Assembly (NCBI RefSeq): GCF_036588685.1
Contig: NC_086373.1
Span: forward strand, 1,984,001 to 2,048,000
Direction: 5' to 3'
Origin: Mytilus trossulus
Lineage: Eukaryota
DNA length: 64,000 bases
In this document: positions 39,416 through 50,100 of the stretch, in pieces
How the letters are laid out: every line of letters begins with the position of its first letter
Position numbering within the stretch: the stretch's first letter is position 1
Made by a program: the position numbers and the translations under genes
The notes under the pieces: model-generated
Databases searched by the model: none
What the model was told of the DNA's origin: nothing
What the model saw: the letters and a program-made list of their open reading frames with translations, nothing else

Positions 39416-42400
39416 ATGATATTTGTTGACATTGTTATATCTGTGACTATTTTGCAGTTTGTCGAGGCTACACTGAAAGATGGTAAGTGAATGTATTTGA
39501 CGGTGAAGGGCATAACTTAGGCCGTACGGTGACCTATAGTTGTTTGTGTCATTTTGGTCTTTTGTGGATAGTTGTCTCATTGGCAATCATACCACATCTT
39601 CTTTTTTATATAGTCTTTATTTTAAAAGAGGTATGACAAATTATCACTGTATTAGCTTTGCTTGTTCAGTAAAAGTGTAAAGTTGAAAAACTCTAGACTA
39701 AAAGATACTTGCTATTAATAGATGCAACATACCAATCTCTCAATTTCGGTATAATATGAGTGGCTAAAGCCTGGGCTCTTAACAAATACTTCAGAAAAAT
39801 TGGTGTAAATGGCCCTTCAAGGGAACTATGTTAATTTCAATATGTTACTACATGTGTTGTTACTTCTGAAATTAAGTGTGCAGAATAATTCACCAATCAG
39901 TAGAATTAATATTATTTTGATAATTTGAGGGGCCAAATAATACCCCATTTGCCGAAATCGATCCAAATTGAACTTCCTGACAACCAGAAAAGTTTTAGTT
40001 TTTCTGATAGATTGTACAGATAGATTTAATGTCCAGTGACAGCCATTTAAGGAATATTCGGGAAGAGAATGATCAAACCATTTATGCAATAGGAAAGCTC
40101 TTCAAAATGTGTAGGATAGTATCAAAACTAAATAACCTGTTTATTTTTCGTATTTTGTAGGTTGGTGTGACAAATATTCCCAGAGATCAACTAAATTACA
40201 AGAAGATATATCTATCAGAGAGTCTTCACATACTCAATATCCAAACTGTCAATGGCAAGTTAAATTTGAAAACGCTACAAAACTATTAATGGAAGTTAAG
40301 ATTGACCAAATGCCTTTCAATAATATCATCGAATACGGCGGTTTTCAAGGACAAAAACATACAGTCAAGTATGATAAACTAACAATTATAGAAGGGGATT
40401 GTAACCATGGAAACGCTACAATATCTTTTTCGGAAACGGTTCAAACTACAACTAGATCTATAAACGCTGGTGCCATATGCTTCCAGTATAAATCGGAAAG
40501 TGATAGTTATACGGACAACAGGCTTCAAATCCGTATTCGACTTACAGTTAAAGAAGTGAAATGTAGAAATGAACAAATTCATACAGATTCTACCGCGTGG
40601 TGTAAAACAGTTTGTTTTCCTGATGATAGAACAAGAGAGGACTGCCAAATGCCCATAACAAAATCCAGTAGGTATAAGTTATCAAGCTCAACTAAATCTA
40701 GTAGTTACGTGAAGTACAGAGATATTTACCGCTTTTTTAATTCTTGTACTTCTTAAGTTATTGTATATTTTTTGGAATATGTTTATTTAAAAAAAATATT
40801 CTTGGTTGTTACAAGTGAGCATTTGAAAAAGACCGTCATACTATATCTGAATGAATAGAAGTCGTTCACAGAACAGCAAATATGTAACAAGTACATTTTT
40901 ATGGACGTCAAGTTGGTTACTTATTCCCTATTCCCTATTCGTTACCTATTCCCTATTCCCTATTCATTTCTTATTAGGTAACGAAAAGGTAACGAATAGG
41001 GAATAGGGAATAGGTAACGAATATAAGGGAATAGGGAATAAGTAACCAACTTGACGTCCATTACATTTTTCTTATATATAATTTAATGTAGCTCAAAAAA
41101 ATAAAATGTTCGTTTTGTAATAAAAAGCCCTATTCCATTTAGACTTTCAGAACGAATTTAAACTCTTGCTAGGTTCAGTTCTGTCCTTGCAAAATTTCTT
41201 GTGGTAAAATTAGTTTTGCAACACGCTTTTAGTCAGTTGTTGGCACCACTTTATTACTAATCATATGAATTTGCTTTAGATACAAATCAACTGTCTACAA
41301 CAAAGGAACTTCAACAAACAGGAATGATCAAAAATTTTAAATCAACATCTAAACCTACAAACACAGCAAATACAAAGATGGCAGAATTACCAGAGACTTC
41401 GACTCAAGCACCATCTACAACCAGTATAAACGTCTTCTCACAGAAACAAACTACTGATGATATCTTAACAACGCATTACAGAAACAAAGTTCATTTGCCA
41501 TCTAAGGCACCAATAGAGGCAACCACTCATACAAACATTGTTGTATCAATTGGAAGGACTAGTATCACTGTATCTGATGGTAGTACCGTCTCTGATGGAA
41601 GGAACAATATCACAAAACCAACTCTACCACCTGATGTATACAACAATAACTCCTGTTCAAACCAGTATAAATCTTCTATGACAAAGAAAGGTAAGGTTTA
41701 TTGTTACATACGTCTTCAGATACCATGTAGATAGAAGTTTTAGTCAAAATAAGAAGAAAAAAACATATGTGTATATACTTTTGTTGTAGAAGGTAATTAA
41801 AGACTAGAAATGTTAGTAAAACCGTTTTTTTTTTGGTAATGGAATAAAATATTTGTACCTCAAACAAGTGAGGATGGCATGTTTGTTGTACTTTAAATTA
41901 TAATCTCCGAAAGGATTTATCGTGTGAAATCTACGAAATCTATGAATCTAGAAAAATAAGAAATGAATGTTGATGTTAACATAAAAAATAGGTGCTCCGC
42001 AGAGCGCAGCTTTATACGACCGCAAATGTTGAACCTTGATCATATGGGGCAAGTATGGACACAACATTCAAGCTTGATACAGCTCTAAATATGGATTGTG
42101 ATCAAATTTTTAACATTATATAGGTTTCTGTGCAACAAAAGATTTCTTCTTGAGACTTTTCAAAAATATGAAATTCGAGAAATTTTGAAGAAAAAATGAA
42201 ACTCCTTTAAAAAATTGGCCCCCCTCCAACTTTTGAACTCCCCCCCCCCCCCTTGGAGCAATTACCCAAAAACTCTTTCCCAGCCTTTCCATTGTAGTAT
42301 ATATGAAACCTTGTACAATTTCAGAGAGATCCATACAATTTAACACAAGATATTGGCTGTCTGCTATGGAGACTAGAAAAATGCTCGTTTTCAGCTCTTT

Positions 42401-45400
42401 TTGGGGCCCCTTATTCCTATATATTCCAAAAAAACCAACCCCAAACTGAATCCAAGCCTTCTCTTAGTTATATGGAACCTTGTAGTACAATGACAGAGAC
42501 ATCCATACATTTGTAGGACTCTAAAGTGCGATGGTCACGCTAAAGTACAATGGTCTACACTAAAGTACGATGGTGTATCACGGCGCGACGCTAAAGTGCG
42601 ATGGTTGTTTTGTAAATACGAACGTACGATTGTATATCACGCTTAAGTGCAATGAACCAATGTAGTAAGGTTCGAGGGATTAGAGCTAATTTCCTAATGC
42701 TTGTAGAGTAAGACTTTAGTCAGCTTGCTTGCATATATGCAATATTCGCATAGTTTTCTTCTTCGTAATGAGTACAACTAGATATAGGTAGATGTTATAT
42801 GAGTGCCAATTAGATAACTTTTCATCCAACTGCATTAATAATTTATAAAAGTAAACGATTATAAGTCAAGATACGACCTTCAACACAAAGGTATCACTAC
42901 ATGTTATATTTATCTACACTGTACAAAATAATGTTTTAGCGGACAATTTATGATTTACGCATGAATCTACTAAATAACGAAGGAAAATGGTCGATACTTC
43001 AGCCAACAAAGCACGGTTAGGTTTAACTTAAGAAAGTCATGGACATTTCGTTTAAAGTTATTTAAAATCAAATACATTTTTTTGTATTTTTAACTTTTAT
43101 CTTTCGGCTTGTTCATTTTTCGTTTGTATAAACGACTGTTCACGTCATAATTCATTGTACGTTTATTACGTCTATACTTTCGCGGACAATCGCACTTTAG
43201 CGCATGTAGGCATCGCACTTTAGCGTAGACCATCGCACTTTAGCGTGACCATCGGACTTTAGCGTCCCCATCGCACTTTAGAGTCCTACACATTTAAACA
43301 CAAATTATCATCCGGTAACTTGAAAAATGTTTGTTTTTGACCCTTAATTTCAAAACTGTTTGACCCATAACCCGTAAATTAAATACCAGTCTTCTAATTA
43401 TGTTATTCCATATTGATAAAATATTAGTAGGTTTTCTATATGAATGGGATTTTGAATAAATAAGCATATTCACCTGAGGAAAAAGGATATTCACCGCGCA
43501 AAACGTCGCGTGCTTTTACATGTATAATTTTGGTAAAAAAAACGTTTGATGTACAATTGGTTTGGGTAAATATTTTCCATTACAATAATTTCTCTCGGAA
43601 TATGGAATAAAACATTTACTGTCTTTTGTTTCGGTAAATATTTGGTTTTATTGACTTTTGAAAAACGGATATTCACTTCGGCCGTTGGCCTCAGTTAATA
43701 TCAGTTTTTCAAAAGTCAATAAAACCAAACATTTACCTCACCAAAAGACAGTAATTGTATAGTATTTAACAGTGTAGTACAATTTCAGAGCAATTGAAAT
43801 ACTAATACACAACTTATTGTCCTACTTGTTTTGGCCCCAAATTCTTTAACCATTTGGACCATAACCCGCTTTTGTGGTTATAAACATTGTGTTAAAATTT
43901 TATTGATTTCTATTCGCTTATACTAAAGTTATTATCCGGAAACCATCTGTCTTCGGACGACGCTGAAGACGACGGCGACGACGACGCAGACGACGATGTG
44001 ATACCAATATATGATAATAGAAAAAATTTGATTTTAGATTTAAATATTGTAGGTGCACAAACATTATTCTCGAATAATCTTGCATTATTGTTCACCACCA
44101 AAGTTTTTTCTTATTCTAACTTTTATTTAACAGACTTACAGACTGGACTATACATATCCAGTACCATAGCGGGAGTATTTACTGTTACTGTCATAATCTT
44201 GTTGATTTGGTAAGTTGTTTGTTATTTTGACAATGAGTTGTTACACAAAGATGTCAGTAACTATCTTATCTATAGTCCTCTGCATCTAACTTCTTTGTAA
44301 TGGGATAAAAAGTCTCATGATTTCTTATCCAAATGGTCCAGCACATTTAAGTTATACAAGTACACTAAGCTATGAAAAATGTATCATCTGGTTTTCTCAT
44401 TCTCATTACTGATTTCTTGTACAATGGTTGTGTCAACTGATTATCAAAACAAAATTGGACTAAGTTTCTCAAATCGAAATGAAAATACCCCCATCTTCTT
44501 TCCATTAGAAGAAAATCGATTTTAGAATCAAGTAATCAATATTTTAACTATAAAGGATTGCACAAATTTCGAAAACTGAAAAAAAATGCTGTGGAAATGA
44601 ATTTCAGTCTAAATCATAGAAGTGGACAATGAAGGTGACATTTCCAACACTTCTTTTATCTCTTTTCACCAAAACTACTACAACTAGCTTTACTGTTAGT
44701 GATATTTTAAAAGTCTTCACTTTTGAACCTCCAGATTTTAAAATGACCAAATTTGAGTTGGCAGCTTCGACTACAGACTGAAAGTTCAAGTTTACGGGTT
44801 AACCCCTTGTAAAGGCTTGTAAGTATGGAAAAGTTATATGTTGAGTACAGCTTAAAAATAAGAATGCCTGATCCATCCATAAAAATGCTGGTATTTAACA
44901 TACTTTAGACATTTTGGTCCCCTAATGTCTATTTAAAAAGTTTAATTATAATGTTATAATCCATCTGTAAAGGCTATCATGGATAAAAATAAGTTTATAT
45001 TTTTTACTTTCAGTTGTGTGAAGAAAACAAAAGATGTGGAGAAACTGACAACAATTATGGTTCATCTATCTAGATCTAAGGCCATGGCAGATCATAATAA
45101 ACTGCAGAGAATACAGATGAGTAGCTGGTCTTCTGCAACCTCTAGCGTGAGACCTACATTGCCTCCACGTCCTCTCGACCTTCCTAGTATTGGTGATACA
45201 AAATCTCAGTCTGAAATAAGCCCTTATCGCTACAGTGATGAAGTATATGATAACATAGGAAACATTCGTAGACATGATAAGTCCAGAAGTCATGAAAATT
45301 CAGCACTAAATCTTTTAAAACAGCTTTCAAGTAATACTACACAGACACAATGTCAGGGAATTGATAATGACCATTCATCAACAAGTAGTGGTAGAAGCCA

Positions 45401-45521
45401 CAAAAATCAGTCTGATGACCAAAGAAGCATTGGTACGCACAGTCATGGGAGTGGTGTTTATATTGACAATACATCTATCAAATCCAATACTTACAGACAA
45501 GTTCACAAAGTTAGACATTAA
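39416..45521 (+). CDS. Gene A: uncharacterised type I membrane protein, 522 aa (signal peptide, divergent CUB-like domain, 4-Cys module, Thr/Ser mucin stalk, TM, ~165-aa cytoplasmic tail)
   Basis: Exons 39416-39482 (MIFVDIVISVTILQFVEATLKD, donor gtaagt), 40161-40667 (WCDKY..YPNCQWQV..KYDKLTIIEG..ICFQYKSESDSY..LQIRIRL, CUB-like), 41280-41690 (T/S/P-rich, donor gtaagg), 44134-44209 (TM GLYISSTIAGVFTVTVIILLIC, donor gtaagt), 45014-45521 (tail). All GT-AG, phases 1,1,1,2, 1569 nt open throughout. Confidence 0.85.
40161..40667 (+). CDS. Gene A exon 2, divergent CUB-like ectodomain
   Basis: Frame is open upstream of the ORF-track start at 40289, back to the ttttgtag acceptor; CUB-like motifs C..YPNCxWxV, YDxLxIxEG, FxYxSxS. 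Confidence 0.8.
40901..41061. mobile_element. 161-bp foldback MITE with 9-bp TSD (Mutator/MULE-like)
   Basis: TIR ATGGACGTCAAGTTGGTTACTTATTCCCTATTCCCT...; perfect TSD TACATTTTT at 40892-40900 and 41062-41070. Confidence 0.88.
41280..41690 (+). CDS. Gene A exon 3, mucin-like stalk
   Basis: Thr/Ser/Pro-rich; tttag acceptor, AAAG|gtaagg donor. Confidence 0.8.
42512..43290. mobile_element. Non-autonomous DNA transposon with TGT..ACA ends and 4-bp TSD (Ginger-like)
   Basis: TIR TGTAGGACTCTAAAGTGCGATGG / CCATCGCACTTTAGAGTCCTACA; TSD CATT; subterminal CTAAAGT(G/A)CGATGG repeats at both ends. Confidence 0.85.
43616..43754. repeat. Foldback palindrome (~68-bp arms, 3-nt loop GGCC-GTT-GGCC)
   Basis: ttactgtcttttg..ggttttattgacttttgaaaaa..cggcc / ggcc..tttttcaaaagtcaataaaacc..caaaagacagtaa. 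Confidence 0.8.
44134..44209 (+). CDS. Gene A exon 4, transmembrane helix
   Basis: DLQTGLYISSTIAGVFTVTVIILLIC; ttaacag acceptor, TG|gtaagt donor. Confidence 0.8.
45014..45521 (+). CDS. Gene A exon 5, cytoplasmic tail
   Basis: Basic stop-transfer CVKKTK, PTLPPRP, VYDNI; polypyrimidine tract and cag acceptor. Confidence 0.8.
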
Positions 45522-46593
45522 AATATATTTTTTGTATACCGGTAATCCATTTCTATGGCAATACACTGGCATGTGATGGAGTTGCAAGATATTTGCTCAT
45601 GATTAATTCTTTCCCTTAGCACTTTTTAATTGGCTACCTGGTGCTTTATGTGCAGAGGCAAATACCAAATCCATATAAAAAAAATATGCAGATATGTTAG
45701 TTATAAATGTTTAATATAAATGTATTCATTATTATTTGAGACCTACATGTACCAATTTTTTAAGGATTTTTTGTTGATTGATGAACAACGAGTTTTAATG
45801 TTCAATGAAGTACACATTAAATATAAGCTTGTATGATCTTGTATGACCTTGTATACACACTTTGGTAAAACCAAGAAATCATATACTAGTATACACAAAA
45901 ACACAACTTTTATCTCGATAATATCAATCAGTGAAAATTGATTCACATGTAAATTAAATGAATCCACAATATTCTACTTGTAATTCTGTGTTTGTCTTTG
46001 TTGCTATCATATTTTTTGTTTGTTTATTGTTTGTACATACATCAGGTTGTAAGTTATCTGGTTTTACATTCACCATTTTGGGGCCTTCTAAAGCTAGCTA
46101 TGCCATATGGGTTTTGCTCTTTGTTGAAGGTTGTATGATGACCTTCAATTGCTTGCATCCACTTCATTCAAACTCTGGTGGAAAGTTGTTTCTTTGGCAA
46201 TTATATCATATCTTATGTTTATCCTACTTGGATTTGAATCTATAACCCCCCCCCCGCTTAAAATGAAACCAAAGAGATGATTCCAAGAATTGATCTCTGT
46301 CAAAAAAGGGAGACATGAACATGATCTTGTTACAACAAATCAATAAAACATATACACGTACATGTACCAAAAATATGTCTCAGACAAAATGAGAATTTCT
46401 TCTTTTGTAATTCAGTTCATTTGCTGATACAACAGGTATCAACATGCTGAAAGGTATTCATATAATATTTACATAATTAAGGAAATCTTATTAAGACAAA
46501 CATCTAATGGATAAATTAATTTAATGAATTTGAATGACAAAAATAAATTTGTTTGGATGGAGCTCTTGCGAATATTCCTACAACTAAATGATG

Positions 46594-47147
46594 TCAAAGA
46601 ACATTAAACACAAATGTGGCACAGTCAATAAGTTTTTGTGGCTCAGCTCTCTTCTTTAATGGAAATATGACGGTCTTGGCATTTATTGAACGAGCTAATT
46701 CTTTCATATTTGGATCACTATCTATTAAAGTCCCTATGCATACTAAAAGTCTAAATCCTGCTTCAGAATCAATGTTCGTATTTTCTAACACGTTTCCGGC
46801 AGCAATCAAACACTGTGATTTAGCTTCAGGATCTAACTTGTCTTGTAAATGAACAGAGTAATTCATCAGAAGTGTGGCTAAAGCTATTACTATATTTTTA
46901 TTTGTTGATGCTTTGCAGTTGAGTGCAGAGGTCAAGATAAAATCTCTATGTTTAACACACATCTTTTCTCCAGTTTGACCTTTAAACATATTACACAATG
47001 TCCTCAATGCAAGCATTTGAGTGGGGGCTACATCGGAAGAAATGAAGTTCACAAGTTTATCTACAAGTCCATCTTTCTCACAAACAATCTTATTGAGGGA
47101 TGTTAGAACACACATTCTCAGAACATCTAAAGCTGGAAACACCATAT
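46594..47147 (-). CDS. PLAA: PLAA exon 12 (PUL domain, stop)
   Basis: [11 protein letters not shown]...[13 protein letters not shown]. Confidence 0.94.
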
Positions 47148-50100
47148 CTGAAATAAAGTAAAACATTTTGGCAATTAATAATTATATAATTGCTTTAAAG
47201 AGATTAAGCCCAATACCCACACTTTTAGAATTTTTTCACTTTAAATAAGTAATCATATTTTAGGAGTCAATAACCCAATTACTTGTATGTTAAATTCAAA
47301 AATAATTCAAGAATAGACAAATTAAACATTAATACAATCACCATAGTTAAATTGAGGAAGAAAAAAGTCCAGTACACGTATTGGGTTATTTTATATCATC
47401 CATGTTCTGAAGTCACTGTTAGTTAACCAAAGCCCAAGTGTACACCTATATTTTTAACCTGGAAGAAGTATATATTTTATAGATTTACCCTTACCTTGTG
47501 TGCAAAAACGAAAAAAAAGAAAGCTTTTATTTTGGGGAAAATATATACATGATGGATCTAAAAAAATATGTTAATACCATTTGGCCATGATAACATTTTC
47601 TCCAATGTATTTAATGTATCTGTACTTGTCCCATCCATCAACAATGGCAGTTTTTCTAAATCGCTTTCTTCAACTTGCATAGACTGGTCAATCTTTATGT
47701 TGAATTCTTTCAGTTTACCTAAAACATAGAAACAGTGCTTATTTTTTTATGTAATGTACTTGTTAAGCAGATCATGCATATTACAGCATATAATAGTGTA
47801 AACTTTTAATTCAGACAACAAATTAAATGATTCTTTTAGTAAATAGCCACTTAAAATATGAACCAAAAAAATATAAAATGATGATGGATGTCTGTTTAAC
47901 ATCAAGTGGCAAATTACATGCATATTCAGGACAAGAACAGGGTCAATAGGATATATTATGAACCATGCTTTATACTAGATTGACATGCTGAGTGATATTT
48001 TTAACATATTAGTTCACAAGGTAACAGTAAAAAAACTCATTATGTCACCCTTATCTGGGTATAATTTTTTGACACTGAGCCAACCAGTCATTGCCTCTGC
48101 CAATTAAAGTTATATGCATAGCAGAGAAGCAGGAAATATCAATTTTTAAAGTCTTTGGTTTGACCTAGTCAGGTATCAAATTATTGATATATCGCAATTG
48201 AGTCTAGCTAGATACTGGATAATTTTGTATTTATTCTCATCTACGTACGGGTAAGATGATAAGAATTATTTTTTTTTTTATTTCAAGATCATTCCTTTTC
48301 TTTCAATACTTTGAAGCAGATCTTAACTCTGCAATATATATTTTTTAAAGGATAAAATTAATCTTGAGAATTTGATATATTCAATCCTATTAATGAATTT
48401 GAGAGATCAGTATAAAAACTTACCTATAATTTGTTGTGGGTTAGCAGTCTCAAATGTTACGAATGTCTTTAGAGGAAAGTATGAATTGTCTTTTGATGCT
48501 GTAGTACCAGTACCTTTGGTGTGGTAACTGCTAGCACCTATTAATACAAAAACAAAGAATACAGCATAAATACAGATTATAAAACATGAAAAAACAAGTT
48601 TATCCCGAACCACTGGTAGTATATAAATGATGCTGTTCATCTCAATGTTTTAAACTTAACATTTTATAAGGTTTTCCATACATATATATATAATTGCAGA
48701 GTAGAAGAATAATATATACTCCAGCCTTACTGCTGGTTTTTCAAAGTTTCCATCAGTCTTTCATTCACAAAGGGAATCAATAACATCATTGAGACTATAC
48801 AAGTCAGCAGCTGCATTGGGTGGAAATTGTTTAAAAGATTAAGAAGGAGGGTTCTTTTTTTTTTCAAGGCAATTGTCATGGTTGCCTCAGCATAAGCATG
48901 CCGAATTAAAACTCATTTCATTGCAACATATCTTGCAATGTTAAAAACAAAATTGAGCAAATGGAAGAAATTCTAGCGGATCCTACTGCATTTAGCTAGT
49001 GATTTTACCTGTGAAAGGATCAACACCATTGCTAGCGGAACCCTTTGTATTGGTTTGGCCTGGTACATATCGTCCTGACCCCGTCAGAGGATCTGCCCCT
49101 CCTGTTGTACCTGTGCCTGCTGCTCCTTGTGGGACATACCTCCCACCACCTGTTAAAAACATAAACTTTTAATTTCAAAATGTACATTTGTGTTGAGAAA
49201 TCTCCATTTGAAGCAAAATTTCAATACAGAATTTCTTTTAAAATCAGAGATTTTTCAAGTATTAAAAATATAGCTTGTGTTTTTTTTTATTTTGCTAAAT
49301 TTTTTGTTTATGTTTTTTAACTTATAACAATATGTTCCATTATAATAGAAATTAAAATCATGCATGTGAATGGAAATAACTAACCTGTGAAAGGGTCACT
49401 GACTTGAGGTGGACCCTGGCCCAGAGTGACACCTTTTGTATTATCAATGATAAAGTTAGCGACTTGGTCCAGAAATAAAGGACTGAGTTCATTGTTTTGT
49501 AGAAATCTTTGAGCAGCAAACCAAGGATCTTCTTTGATGTCATATGGTAACTTCAGTGGTGGTTTCCCTTCCTCTATATCTACACTGAATACATAGTCAT
49601 ACTCCTGCAAATAATTGGTAAAGGTTATTTTTCACTCTTTTTAAACATATTTTATGTATTAACATGGAAAACATTAATACCTTAGTTAATAAGGATTTAA
49701 TGACTCATTTGCCAGGGAATTACGAGCATGAGAAAATAAACTTTATCCATTATTAACACCATCCTTTGACATATGCTGTGTACTTCTGATAATAATATTA
49801 ATCTTTATATATTTCTTTTCACTCCTTTGGTATGCTTATTACAAATGATACTATACATTTTATCCACATTTTCAAAACAATGTGTTGATAGGACTTTTAA
49901 AACACAGGATATTGTGTTAAAATTTCATAGGTTTGAGCAATCATCACCTGAAAACAAAATAAATAGGGAATGTTTCCTAAGGACAAAGATGATGTCCCTG
50001 CTTGCATTTAACATTATAAAGGAACATAACTTAAGAGAAGTAAAAGTGACACTACCCAAAATTCTTACTAGATGTCAGTTTTGTGGTAATAAGCATAGTA

